From a virus (Duplodnaviria; Caudoviricetes): a stretch of DNA of 63,708 bases. A program made the position numbers and the translations under genes. The notes beneath the pieces are model-generated. The model searched no databases and had not been told where the DNA came from. It worked only from the letters and a program-made list of their open reading frames with translations. Positions 53,601-63,249 of the stretch are shown one piece after another. Each line of letters opens with the position of its first letter. Positions within the stretch are counted from its first letter, which is position 1. The stretch covers positions 1 through 63,708 of the IMG/VR virus record IMGVR_UViG_3300028394_000003. One strand, written 5' to 3'.

Positions 53601-56600
53601 AATGCGTTAAAACTTCCAGCAATCTTAGCGAAAAACCCAGCGGCCCCAGCTATGCCCATAAACATTGTGTCTTGAAGAATTTCTGGGCCAGCTATTTTAA
53701 CAAACGCGGCGGGATACTGTAAGTACGCCTTAATTGCCATTAATTCTTTTGTGCCCGCTGGTGCGTCTTCCACCATTTTCCTAGCAAGTGCGTAACCATC
53801 GTCCATTGCTTTTATTACAGCTGGGGGCACATTTTTATTAGCAAAATCATTAACTGCTTTGCCTGCCAAATACATGTCATTTTCTCTGCCATATGGTGAA
53901 ATTAAAAGAGCAGAAAAATTTTGTATTTGTTGACCTATCATGGTAACCGCAGCCCATTGCATCACACCGGGTGCGTATTTAGCCACATCAACAAGCGCGT
54001 CCATTACCTCTTTTGCACCGGTTAAAATATTTGGTTGTCCCGGTTCCGCGTTAGGTGATATAAAACTTTCCATTGACTTTTGAACAGCGTCAAACGTTGG
54101 AACACGGCTTTTAATATCTTCTAAACTTGGTAACTCTATTGCTGAAATATTTTTAGCTAAATTGTTTGCAGATGATTCTACTGTATTAGAAAGCCTATCA
54201 ATAAATCGTTTTGTGCTGCCCTCAAACATTGGGGCTGTGTCCTTAGCAAAATCTATAGCCTCTTGTAACGTCCTAGTTTTTGGTGTTAAACCTTCGCTTA
54301 AAACTTGCATAGCCGACTTAGGCGGCGCTTCTGGTGTAGCAGCAGAAGGAGGCGGCGCTAAGGCAGTTGTGTACTGTTTTCCGTTCCATTCAAACGCTTT
54401 AGCACCAGATGCCCTAGCTTCTTTAAACGCATCACCAAAATTGTCCGCAGTAGATACAATTGTCTTATCTTTTGAAACAGAACCCGTTGATATATAATTA
54501 GTATAGGCGTCTGCTTTATCTTTAGGAATTTGGTATAAATCTTGCAAATTACGAGAAATATCAGTTTTTGATAATCCTTGAGCTTGCATTTCTTTTGTAA
54601 CGTATTCTAAATTCTTTTGGTTATCGCCAGTTAACAATTTTGCAGCATTTAAAACACCAATTGGGTCACTAGAATTATTTGCTAATTTTTCTATTACATT
54701 GTTAGCAACAGTATTTTGGTAATACCCTTCTGCTGTTTTTGTGTCTATATTATATATAGCTGCTAAATTAGATACAATATCTTGTCTTGGTATGTTTTGG
54801 TCAACCATTTCATTGGTAACAATCCGCATATTTGAAATTGGATCACCAGTCCAATTATTTTGTGCTGCAAACATACCCAATGGATCTTTAGATGCATTTA
54901 CGTATGGATCAACAAGACCGCGTTGTAACACCGTATCTACTGCACCGCTAGTAAGTCCAACATTTTCTGTAAAGTTAGTTGGGTTTAAGGCGGCACGCTC
55001 AGCAGCAACTTCTCTTGCAGTATCAATAAAAAATCCAGCCACTAAAGATGGCATGTTATTCATCACTGCAGTTTGTACGTTTTGACCTTTTAACAAAGCG
55101 CTTGTTGCTATTTGACCTGCGGCCTGTGCGGCTCTTATTGCTGCCTGTAACGCATCTGGGTTTATTTGCTTAACTATGTCCCCTGCGTATTGCCCAACGC
55201 TACTAGCAGCTAAATTAGTAAACAACTCTGTCATGAAATTTTCTGAGCTTATTTTTCCAGCTACTACTGAAGCAAAAGTCATTGAAATTGTTCTGCCAAT
55301 TACATCCTGTACATTTTTAGTGGCTTCTGCAAAACTAAATGCTCCCGGAGGTATTCCCATTGCATCTGTTATTGACTGTATAGTAGCCTCGCCAACAAGG
55401 TTGGTTGCTACTTGACCCACTCCAGCGCTTACTAATGAACCCATACCACCAGTTACCGCGCCTATGATAGCACCCTTAGCAGCTGCTTGTGCTATGTCTC
55501 CACCGGTGCCTGCAGCCATTATTGCACCTGTAGCCGCCATTGTCATTGCCGTCGTTGCAGCTGCTGCGGCGGCAGCTCCTGCGGCACTAGTTCCAAATGC
55601 CGTTGCAAGTGCGGGTCCAAATTCGGCGGACACAACCGGGCCCATTGCCCAGCCAACAGAGGCCATAACAATTGCAGACGTTATTTGGAAACCAATTTGG
55701 TTTAAACCAGTGAAACCACCTGGGTCTTGTGGTGTAATATCTTGAATTGTAATTGGTAATTTTGAATCTTTAGTAAACAGTAAGTTACCAGTTTCTTTAT
55801 CTACCAAGAATTCAGGCGTAACTATTGGAATTCTAACACCACCACCAAGATCAATTGAATCTTTTCCACCATACTCACCACCAGAGTACACCGTATTACG
55901 ATAACCCATTCGTTGGTTTGCAATACCAGCGGGGCTAGTATAAGAGGACATTGCGGGCATAGCAAATATTCCGCTATCACTAACAACAACTGTTTCACCA
56001 GTTGGGGTTACGTAGACCTTATAGTCTCCAGTAACTCCCATTTCACGGGCGCCTCTTGCAGCTAAATTAGTGTAATACTCGTTGCCCTTCATATCCGGTG
56101 TTACTGGTGTTGCACCTGCAGTTACCTTATCAATAGCAAGTTTATTCATTTCTACTTGTTTTTGATACGCTTCTGAATCTGGTCCGTTTACTGCTTTTTC
56201 TCTATCACTTGTTGGGTTTCCGTCAGCGTCTCTCCAAAGATAAATATGGTTAGTTGATGTTAACTGACCAGTTTCTGGATCATACTGTGCTGCAGTTGGA
56301 AGCTCAGAATACTTTATTAATTTACTTTGATATTCGTCACTATTTATAATACCGGCTTTAACCTCTTCAGGTGTCTTGTCTTTCCATGTATCTAATCCGG
56401 TTTGATCCGCTGGACGGTCTAAGTAATATTGGTAAAGTGCGTTCACATCTGTCGGATGTGGCATTGACTTATACTCATCACTGGCCATAATACCTGCCGC
56501 GACTTCCTCTGGTGTTTTACCAGCCCATGCAGCTATTTCTCCTTGGCTTGGGGTGCGGCCAAGATTGTTCCTATAAAGATAGCTTGTAACAACAGGCGCA

Positions 56601-57307
56601 AATTCTGCGCTTGTTATAATTGATTGTTTAATTTCATCAGGTGTTTTACCAGCAAAAGTAGCTAAAGCTCCTGCATCTGGATTACGACCTAAGTACTGGT
56701 TAAAAAGTGAAGTTGTGTTATATGTTGAATACTCTGGACTGGCTTTAAGCGCATTGGTAACATCTTGCGTTGACATATTAGCAAAAGTTTGTGCACCAGA
56801 TTGATCAACATTTCGACCTAAATATTTTAAATAAAGCGCATTTAAATCTGCAGTGTCACCTTGGCCAGGACCAGTTTGAACTGGTGTGGCTGCATTTTGT
56901 GATGGTGTAATATTAAAATTAGTGTCACCAGTTGGCGTTATGGGGTTTCTTGATGCATATTCACCACTGTTTAAAATACCCTGAAGCACTGTGTTGTAGT
57001 CTTGACCAGTCCAAGTAGAAGCACCAGATTGGTCAACTCCACGGCCTAAATACTGTTGGTATAGCTGATCTAATCCTGCTTGGTCAACACCACCACCTCT
57101 ATTTGTATCGTATACTTGAGGTGGACTAGTTAAGCTGTTGTCACCACCGCCACCGCCACCACCACCACCGCCTTGATCTGGAGCAGGGCCAGTTTGAATT
57201 GGCGCGGCATTATTAAATTCAGGAGGTGCAGCTTCAACCGTTACAGAGCTTTCCGCTGGCGCGTCGTCTACCCAAGTTGCACTGTCTCCGCTATCTACCC
57301 AACCCAT
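50654..57307 (-). CDS. Giant internal virion/ejection protein (2217 aa) with DUF4214-like repeats
   Basis: Five LY..YLGR..D..G repeats; hydrophobic Ala/Gly region; C-terminal GDGTSDSIPAMLANGEFVIPAD. Confidence 0.75.
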   Translation of the reverse strand: MGWVDSGDSATWVDDAPAESSVTVEAAPPEFNNAAPIQTGPAPDQGGGGGGGGGGDNSLTSPPQVYDTNRGGGVDQAGLDQLYQQYLGRGVDQSGASTWTGQDYNTVLQGILNSGEYASRNPITPTGDTNFNITPSQNAATPVQTGPGQGDTADLNALYLKYLGRNVDQSGAQTFANMSTQDVTNALKASPEYSTYNTTSLFNQYLGRNPDAGALATFAGKTPDEIKQSIITSAEFAPVVTSYLYRNNLGRTPSQGEIAAWAGKTPEEVAAGIMASDEYKSMPHPTDVNALYQYYLDRPADQTGLDTWKDKTPEEVKAGIINSDEYQSKLIKYSELPTAAQYDPETGQLTSTNHIYLWRDADGNPTSDREKAVNGPDSEAYQKQVEMNKLAIDKVTAGATPVTPDMKGNEYYTNLAARGAREMGVTGDYKVYVTPTGETVVVSDSGIFAMPAMSSYTSPAGIANQRMGYRNTVYSGGEYGGKDSIDLGGGVRIPIVTPEFLVDKETGNLLFTKDSKLPITIQDITPQDPGGFTGLNQIGFQITSAIVMASVGWAMGPVVSAEFGPALATAFGTSAAGAAAAAAATTAMTMAATGAIMAAGTGGDIAQAAAKGAIIGAVTGGMGSLVSAGVGQVATNLVGEATIQSITDAMGIPPGAFSFAEATKNVQDVIGRTISMTFASVVAGKISSENFMTELFTNLAASSVGQYAGDIVKQINPDALQAAIRAAQAAGQIATSALLKGQNVQTAVMNNMPSLVAGFFIDTAREVAAERAALNPTNFTENVGLTSGAVDTVLQRGLVDPYVNASKDPLGMFAAQNNWTGDPISNMRIVTNEMVDQNIPRQDIVSNLAAIYNIDTKTAEGYYQNTVANNVIEKLANNSSDPIGVLNAAKLLTGDNQKNLEYVTKEMQAQGLSKTDISRNLQDLYQIPKDKADAYTNYISTGSVSKDKTIVSTADNFGDAFKEARASGAKAFEWNGKQYTTALAPPPSAATPEAPPKSAMQVLSEGLTPKTRTLQEAIDFAKDTAPMFEGSTKRFIDRLSNTVESSANNLAKNISAIELPSLEDIKSRVPTFDAVQKSMESFISPNAEPGQPNILTGAKEVMDALVDVAKYAPGVMQWAAVTMIGQQIQNFSALLISPYGRENDMYLAGKAVNDFANKNVPPAVIKAMDDGYALARKMVEDAPAGTKELMAIKAYLQYPAAFVKIAGPEILQDTMFMGIAGAAGFFAKIAGSFNALRIAIGTELALDTLDATLGGLGISYDDLRAKKVSHEDAVAPAVASGIAQGFITLATMGHVDAAIMRQLSGDIVEFTTKGMAGLATAAYVGAWTRSFLNTGVRDIAVVAGDPKDSMANFSFNLNKMNTNAAMDAPISAVSAVNQLVIASFANSKAEVDTNQFLKLAPPKTESQFSWEAPKLLEGPQRLLPAPSAEQMVNVQNTIDTISQTLQQTGIPADQANSMAIKTIGSELVTQINNNITTEAGKLDPNKVLGTDAAGNDITISGVFGALATHTPVIETSSSATYQFETSRGSTYSQYSDGTTVGFREPSNMPGTGQETQPRSSKTVFMDPTTVNNVGGYFQNPDMGVKFTFEVDSEGNSTGKTSVELTKDYGPLKAGTKLGTASYETTPKVGMVPVEILNSDSEARGNPFVHFGSNITSVKSSGETPTSNKNDIQHNQVLIEDIKKTLNDLVGLKLGDDDLVPQMQRSTETQKTEGLPFAEKPDINRLFNKNTLFGTDLTAPETNTQTDTQTDTDTATKTRGELIYGKPVTQTVTDTDANLKTITDPRSLTSTITAPQTQTATQLATENPTKTDIALKDLTKIQPQTQTLTQLEPVSPTPVPVDIAVLDPLTPTSVITSINPPSKVKPPLELVPPSIEPISPPVIVTPEDPTKPSKGPKTNVPTLVPPIKKKPVDKGKFKKRVPPDLIADFTKGRKHALPLDKLMRVIDSTKPSNVIPMENYISPPFLPMDLEQQLKAAKEGGLMRLATGGNPSSSNTAGASSGSNMSVGPGDASYSPVSNFIKGKATDPALPGKYDLQQYTYAQPIYNPDAVLKQILAAAQGGVVHMAVGGAQDTNPAFDPSFAETKMKGKQFSFHKPFVGLNTMANAPALSTGGEVINHNPQFFSEGGLNAMENRYVQGDGDGTSDSIPAMLANGEFVIPADVVSSLGNGSNDSGASILDEFLKTIRSHKTRANKNGLPPDSKGALGYLLEAKRKVRA

Positions 57308-57343
57308 TTATTAACCTTTTTAATGCACAATTGTTATACCTAT

Positions 57344-57373
57344 AATAATGCAAAAATAGGGCTCTATTCGCCC
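57344..57373 (-). promoter_or_regulatory. Phage promoter motif GGGCG-N16-TGCATTATT
   Basis: Exact motif and spacing. Confidence 0.8.
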
Positions 57374-57376
57374 TAT

Positions 57377-57628
57377 TTAGCTGCTTGGACCGTTGATAAT
57401 CATGGTAAATTCTAATGCCCAGTTTTGCCATTCTGTAAACAATGTGGGGTCGGGAACTGGGTATACTGAAAACGTTGGCAGCTGAGCTACGTTCTTTGCA
57501 GTTTCAAGCCAATTCTCTTCAGCGTTGTAAGGAATTAACTCTTGCGAGTAATACATAACCAAATTGCCGTTCCAATCTTCCCAACTCATATTGGTTGGGA
57601 TAAACGGAAAAAACTGTTGAAAAGCCAT
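57377..57628 (-). CDS. Hypothetical tail-module protein
   Basis: TAATG overlap; Trp-rich. Confidence 0.65.
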   Translation of the reverse strand: MAFQQFFPFIPTNMSWEDWNGNLVMYYSQELIPYNAEENWLETAKNVAQLPTFSVYPVPDPTLFTEWQNWALEFTMIINGPSS

Positions 57629-59766
57629 TACGGTCTTTCGTCGCCGTACTCTGCAGTAATTAGCAAACGACCCATTTCGTAATTGCCATCAATATCATTA
57701 GACTCAAACTTTAATCTAATTTCACGATGTTCAACACGCAAATCAATTTTGCCAGTGTCAGCATCAAACGCATAGGGGCCAGAATCTTCAGTAGTGCCAC
57801 GCGCAAATTTGCGGCCTAAGATAGTTAGATTTATTTCACCCGATTGTACAAAGTCTGGCTCAATACGACGCATGTGCATGCGGCGATTAGCGCCCTCTGG
57901 GGCATCTTGAGATGGTGTGCCACCAACCCAGCTAATGTCACAAGTTGTAAAGCTAGAAGTTACTGCTGTTTCGGCAATATATGAAACTTCATTTAGACCA
58001 AACTCATGCTGCCATAATGGATAGCCACCAGTAATACCGTAGACAGTACTACCAAGAGCCGGGTACGGGGACAGTGGTTCATCTAGTGTAATTCTAGTAA
58101 CACCAGGCGCTGGAACAAAAGCATTAAAAATGTGTACACTAGTTAATACTTTATACACAGTGGCCGATGGGCTTTGTGATAAAGTTAAATAGTTTCCCGG
58201 AGCAAATGTATTGGTAACGTCACCGTCGATGTACACCTGAGACGATGTAGGAGCTGGCTCACTAGCGGGGTTTGTAATGGTTGTAAATGCTTGACTGTAG
58301 GATACGTTATAGTCCCAACCAGCCCAAATAGGTGTTGGAAAAATCTCAGTAGTCCAACCACAAGAACGTCTAGCACCATCGGCTTCGCCAGCGTCATACC
58401 AAAGTTTATCTTTTACGTTGTAAATAATTGCGTCAGTAACTTCTGTTGCGCTGCCCCTAGGATAAAAGAACCAGATTTCATTGTAGCGTGGTACCTTAGT
58501 AGCCCATACTTTTTGGCGCTGTACAAAGTTCATGTTATCAAGCAGCCAGTTTATGTTTTTATCATTGGCTAAAACACTTACTACGCCGTTGTACTGATAA
58601 AAACGGTCAACGCCGAGCCAATAGTACACACCGTCCATCTCAACTACTGCAGATGAAGACATAATAGAAATCTGGCTAGAAATAATATCGTAACGCCAAT
58701 ATAGCGGGGCGCTACCTGTGAACGATACGCGAATCAGTGAGTCAGTGGCCCAAAACAAACCGGATGGTGAGTTTGTACCGCCTCGAACTGGCACGCCTTT
58801 AACAATCTTGGAGGAAGACATGTTGACTTGGTTGGCTGTTGCGCCGTTCCAATCGCTTAGTGTTTGACTTCCATAAGTAGATTCCACATGATTGTTGGCA
58901 ATATAACCGTTATCACCATACACAAAAATATAAGGATAGAGTACACAAACTCCACCGGAAACGCTGATCGGTCTGTATGTAGGGTTTTGACCCGTTGTAT
59001 CAGCCAAGCCATAAAAGTTCCAAATGCCCGGCGCATCTTCTGTAACGTTACCATAAAGGACCTGAGAAGGAACTCCGTTGTCAATGTTTGCTAAGTTTAA
59101 ACCGGGATGAGCTAATACTTTTAGCTCTTCACCAGATGGGGAGTACTGTAAATCAAACTGCCATAAATGGCGGATGTCATAAGAAAACGTATCGTTTGCA
59201 ATCCAAACGTTTGTTGGTGTTCCGGTATACGCTGGTGTAAATGTTACTGTCGTTACCGGCGATGCAAATGTAGGAGTTCCTACTGTTGTATAAATAGTAG
59301 GATTAGCTGATTGATCAAATATAACTTGAGTGCCAGCTGGGTATACTGAAGAGTAGTCAACGATTGGTACGGCTGTGCTAGTTAACTGAAACGTAGTTGT
59401 AGAGCCGCCAGTTGGAACTTGCTGTGCGTAACCTTGATTAATAACAGCTGGATAGGGGCCACTACCAACACCGAATGTTGTGCCAGTTGTAAACACATCA
59501 ATACCACCAGCGTTACCAACATAAATATAGTTAATGCCGTTAAAGGCGTTGGTGACCATGCCGCGAGGAATACCATTAAACGAGCCAAACAACTGACGAT
59601 AACCGCCCATTTTCTTTGGTGTGCCACGTTGAAAACGGCACCACTCTCCGTCACTAAATTCACGTGACTCAAAGATTGTACCGTCACGTTTAATACCAGG
59701 TTCTACACGAAGGGTATAAACAACGTTGTACTGTTGTGGTGCTGATTGTACTGGGTTGTCAGCCAT
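57628..59766 (-). CDS. Tail nozzle/stabilisation protein (P22 gp10-like)
   Basis: PGIKRDGT, RF..G.PKKMGG, YWLG.D.FY.YNG, EIWFFYP. Confidence 0.7.
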   Translation of the reverse strand: MADNPVQSAPQQYNVVYTLRVEPGIKRDGTIFESREFSDGEWCRFQRGTPKKMGGYRQLFGSFNGIPRGMVTNAFNGINYIYVGNAGGIDVFTTGTTFGVGSGPYPAVINQGYAQQVPTGGSTTTFQLTSTAVPIVDYSSVYPAGTQVIFDQSANPTIYTTVGTPTFASPVTTVTFTPAYTGTPTNVWIANDTFSYDIRHLWQFDLQYSPSGEELKVLAHPGLNLANIDNGVPSQVLYGNVTEDAPGIWNFYGLADTTGQNPTYRPISVSGGVCVLYPYIFVYGDNGYIANNHVESTYGSQTLSDWNGATANQVNMSSSKIVKGVPVRGGTNSPSGLFWATDSLIRVSFTGSAPLYWRYDIISSQISIMSSSAVVEMDGVYYWLGVDRFYQYNGVVSVLANDKNINWLLDNMNFVQRQKVWATKVPRYNEIWFFYPRGSATEVTDAIIYNVKDKLWYDAGEADGARRSCGWTTEIFPTPIWAGWDYNVSYSQAFTTITNPASEPAPTSSQVYIDGDVTNTFAPGNYLTLSQSPSATVYKVLTSVHIFNAFVPAPGVTRITLDEPLSPYPALGSTVYGITGGYPLWQHEFGLNEVSYIAETAVTSSFTTCDISWVGGTPSQDAPEGANRRMHMRRIEPDFVQSGEINLTILGRKFARGTTEDSGPYAFDADTGKIDLRVEHREIRLKFESNDIDGNYEMGRLLITAEYGDERP

Positions 59767-61025
59767 TAAAACGTTCCGCCGCTAATAAGTGCTGCTGTAA
59801 ACGTGGCTGGTGTAGATATTTGGGGATCAAATGGATTTGAGTTGTCAATGTTAATCATCTCAACGCCGTTTGCTGTTAAGCCAAGCACACCAATATTGGC
59901 CAAGTACATGCCAGTGGTGGTGTCATTTAAAAATGAAAATGACGGTGTGGCAGCGGCACCATCGTTTGCAAAAAATGCCGTTGTGGCGCTTTGAGAAATA
60001 ACATATAAGTTATTACCATCACTTAACACTAAAACAACCGAACCAGGGGTTACTGGAGTTGGTGGTTGTGATGTGCCCGATACTTCAAAAAACAGATTGT
60101 ATGGGCCTAGTGTATCATTAGCCAGAATATAAATCTGTGTTGTTGCAGGCAATATAACTGTTAAGTCAGTTGTACGAGTGCCTGATTGTGCAACATAAGT
60201 TTGAATAATTGGTGCATAGGATACCAAGCTAAATGTAGCACCCACAATGGAGTCAACGTCGTAAGACGCTGATGTAAAGGTTACGTTTGATGGTGTTGCA
60301 AGTCCAACGGTAAAAAAGTTACCCGTGGATTGCTGGAACATAATAATACCTGAATCGCCCGGATTAACGGTAAGATTAGAGATATTATTTATTTGGGAAA
60401 TGCCGTTAGGCACAATGTTTAACGCGCCAGTTCCGTTGTTACGGAAAGAGATAAACCAACCCGCTGTTAATCCCGCCGTCGCTGGTAGGTTAAACGTGCC
60501 GTTGCCACCAGTCCAAACAAAGGTTGTTGCCCTGTCTGTGTTTAACGCAGTTGTTGTGGTGGAGATTGTTTGAACGTTTTGGGTAACGTTGAGCTTACCA
60601 GAAAGAGCAGCTAATCCGTAACCAGCCAATGTGGCCGCGTCAGCAGATGATGTGCCAGTGCCAAACGTAACGTTTTGCCAGACACCTGCTGTGGTGCTGT
60701 TATCAGAAAGATAAAAATAAACAGATGTGCCAGATGGTATAGATACAGAAGAACCACCGTCAAAGTCATTTACAAAGAATGTTACGGCACCAAAGTTACG
60801 GAACAAAATGTCTATACCAACAGAACCTTGTTGTGCGTTTGGTAATGTTATATTAAGCCCTGCGCCATCGGGTGTGCAGTCCATAATGCGGGCTGCAGGA
60901 ACCTGAGTTGGGTTTATAACAAGGGGCCAGTATAAGTCTACATCTGCATCAAAATTAAGGTCAAAGTATGATACATCAGTTTGTTGGATGACGTCCCCAG
61001 TAAACGGCGATGTGTATGTCGGCAT
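59766..61025 (-). CDS. Tail structural protein
   Basis: Beta-rich; DG.AATPSFSF..DTTTGMY motif. Confidence 0.7.
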   Translation of the reverse strand: MPTYTSPFTGDVIQQTDVSYFDLNFDADVDLYWPLVINPTQVPAARIMDCTPDGAGLNITLPNAQQGSVGIDILFRNFGAVTFFVNDFDGGSSVSIPSGTSVYFYLSDNSTTAGVWQNVTFGTGTSSADAATLAGYGLAALSGKLNVTQNVQTISTTTTALNTDRATTFVWTGGNGTFNLPATAGLTAGWFISFRNNGTGALNIVPNGISQINNISNLTVNPGDSGIIMFQQSTGNFFTVGLATPSNVTFTSASYDVDSIVGATFSLVSYAPIIQTYVAQSGTRTTDLTVILPATTQIYILANDTLGPYNLFFEVSGTSQPPTPVTPGSVVLVLSDGNNLYVISQSATTAFFANDGAAATPSFSFLNDTTTGMYLANIGVLGLTANGVEMINIDNSNPFDPQISTPATFTAALISGGTF

Positions 61026-61028
61026 TTA

Positions 61029-61649
61029 TTAAGGCTCCTGTACAGTCGTATTTCTATCAATACGACGTGAATTGTCTTCTTTCTTAAGCGCAGATAATGA
61101 ATCTGTGTAGTATGTTTTCCAGATTGGTAGCTTATCAATTGCCTTGAGGTAGCCTTGGGCCTGTAACAGTGCACCAAATAACATTGCTTGGGGACATTGT
61201 TGTGTAAACAAATTAGTTTGATTGGCTGTATCCAATGGCTGAACCAAGCTGTAATAAATAATTTCTACAGGATATGAGGCATCTGGAACTGGTGCAATAG
61301 CCCAGTTGTTGTAGTCGTACTCAGCGTAATATTTTGGTTGACCGGGATCGGATTCAGATTGATATTGGGCCACATAGTCCTGTGAACGTATTAGAATTGG
61401 CTTACCGTTTACCTTCATGGAGACAGTTTTTCTCCAGCGAGTTGGCTTTTCAAGAATGTCTTGGGCGGCTAGTATATTGGTTTCAACTACAATTAACTGT
61501 AGCAGTGTCTTTAACTCAGAGGCAATTGCAGACTCAGCTAAACCAATTAAGGCCGGGATCTGGGCCACAAATTCAGCGTCGTCGCGCTCCATGTAGTTGA
61601 TTATATCAGCTACTAAGTTGTCATACGTCATTACGTAAGCGGCTGTCAT
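61029..61649 (-). CDS. Head-tail adaptor / tail tubular protein
   Basis: MTYDNL..DI.NY.ER, GQPKYYA, IAPVPD..Y. Confidence 0.7.
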   Translation of the reverse strand: MTAAYVMTYDNLVADIINYMERDDAEFVAQIPALIGLAESAIASELKTLLQLIVVETNILAAQDILEKPTRWRKTVSMKVNGKPILIRSQDYVAQYQSESDPGQPKYYAEYDYNNWAIAPVPDASYPVEIIYYSLVQPLDTANQTNLFTQQCPQAMLFGALLQAQGYLKAIDKLPIWKTYYTDSLSALKKEDNSRRIDRNTTVQEP

Positions 61650-62728
61650 TATCGTGTGTAGTAAGAGATATTAGGTTGGAAGTAGATTGGTGACTTGTCA
61701 CGGTCTTCTTCTTCAAATTGGGTGCGTAAATCTAGCGCCATCTTTTCCAAATAACCAATACGCGCCATATCTACACCGGGTAATTGCATAGACAACTTGT
61801 GTGATAACGCTGCTTGGAAGTAAGCAATGGCGCGATCCGGCATGTACAACTCATTTGTTAGTGATCCGACGTCCTGTGGTTGACATTCAATAATCAATGA
61901 GAATGCTTGGAAGTTATTGTTTGGAACAGGCCATAGATACATCTCTGGGTCGATCTGACGATTGAACCAGTATTGTAGTGAGCGTTGGCTTGGGAATTGC
62001 TTGTTAGGTAAGGAAAAGTAATCGGTACGATTGAGTCGTGCCATTGGGATTACTTGTTGTGACTGAGCAAATTGAATTGCACGCATTGACATAGTAGAGC
62101 CAACGGTGCGGTTGTTTAGGCGATAATAGTTAAACGCCTGAGTAGTGTTAATGCCATAGTACTGCCATTGACGATCAGCTAATGTAACTGTTGGGAATGA
62201 TTCCCAAGTAGTCCAAGTGATGCCGTCATCACTTACCTCGAAATCCAAATCATAAGTAATACTGCCAAGAGGAGCATAAGCATTAAAGCCAACATAGAAT
62301 AACCTCGTCGCTTGAGAATAAGCTGCACCAAAATAGTTATCGAGTAATGTACTGGTTCCGTACTGATTAAGATCAGCGTTTGCACTTTGATCAAACATTG
62401 GAGGAACTGTTGTATTACTTACCGGCAGTGTGTCGGAGAACGTTGGATTAATAATGTAAATCCAGTTTGCCTCTAAAACATCAACGCAGTTGATTGGCAT
62501 TGGAAGTACTTGCTGGTTTGTTTGAGCACCTAGAACCACAACCTCTTGTAGCCAGATATTAATGCCACGGTTTACAGAGTTTTGAAGCACATAAAATAAT
62601 GCTTGTTTTCCAGCATCAATATATTCTGGGGTGATTTCTTCTGCTGTCTTACCAGCATCACGAAAAGCATACGAGATCAACTGATCTACGTTGATCTTTG
62701 TTTGATTATAGGTGCCAGAGTAGGACAT
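61649..62728 (-). CDS. Neck/tail adaptor protein with inserted carbohydrate-binding-like domain
   Basis: NRGINIW, EVSDDGITWT...YYRL, Y.SLPNK, YLWPVP. Confidence 0.7.
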   Translation of the reverse strand: MSYSGTYNQTKINVDQLISYAFRDAGKTAEEITPEYIDAGKQALFYVLQNSVNRGINIWLQEVVVLGAQTNQQVLPMPINCVDVLEANWIYIINPTFSDTLPVSNTTVPPMFDQSANADLNQYGTSTLLDNYFGAAYSQATRLFYVGFNAYAPLGSITYDLDFEVSDDGITWTTWESFPTVTLADRQWQYYGINTTQAFNYYRLNNRTVGSTMSMRAIQFAQSQQVIPMARLNRTDYFSLPNKQFPSQRSLQYWFNRQIDPEMYLWPVPNNNFQAFSLIIECQPQDVGSLTNELYMPDRAIAYFQAALSHKLSMQLPGVDMARIGYLEKMALDLRTQFEEEDRDKSPIYFQPNISYYTR

Positions 62729-63078
62729 TATTTTTTATTTCCGCGTTTTGTTTTTCCGCCTTTTTTAAGCAGTAACAAATTGCCACGTATTTGTGGGGGC
62801 GCCATTTTTTTTAATTTTCCATCGACAGGAGAAGTCATCATGTCAGTTGGTTTTTTATATGGCATTTCCACTGGTTCCATAATAGTATTATCTGGAGCAC
62901 CCATAGCCCGATTTAAATTAACATCTGGTGTAGCTGGGCGTGGAGCTCTTTCAAACGCCGTGGGTTTACTAGGATTTTTTTTAAGATAAGCAGTAAGGTC
63001 ATCCATAGTAACATCGCCACCGGCTTGATAGTGTTTACCTTCACAAGCCATCTTGGTGTTTTGTTTAAAGTCTTTCAT
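62728..63078 (-). CDS. Small xxGG-motif virion-module protein
   Basis: YQAGG and KKGG motifs. Confidence 0.65.
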   Translation of the reverse strand: MKDFKQNTKMACEGKHYQAGGDVTMDDLTAYLKKNPSKPTAFERAPRPATPDVNLNRAMGAPDNTIMEPVEMPYKKPTDMMTSPVDGKLKKMAPPQIRGNLLLLKKGGKTKRGNKK

Positions 63079-63079
63079 A

Positions 63080-63247
63080 TTAACGTCCTCGGCCTGCGGC
63101 CCGTTTCATTACTTTATTAGGTAGCTTGTTGGATGCAAAGCCCGACTTAACAAACTCTTTGCCAACCTTTTTAGGAATGCCTAAGGTGCTCTTGCCTTCA
63201 GCTGCGGCATACATAGCACCTTGTTGTGCCTTTGATTTAATTGGCAT
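63080..63247 (-). CDS. Small basic protein (55 aa, not in ORF track)
   Basis: [13 protein letters not shown]......[11 protein letters not shown]. Confidence 0.7.
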   Translation of the reverse strand: MPIKSKAQQGAMYAAAEGKSTLGIPKKVGKEFVKSGFASNKLPNKVMKRAAGRGR

Positions 63248-63249
63248 GA

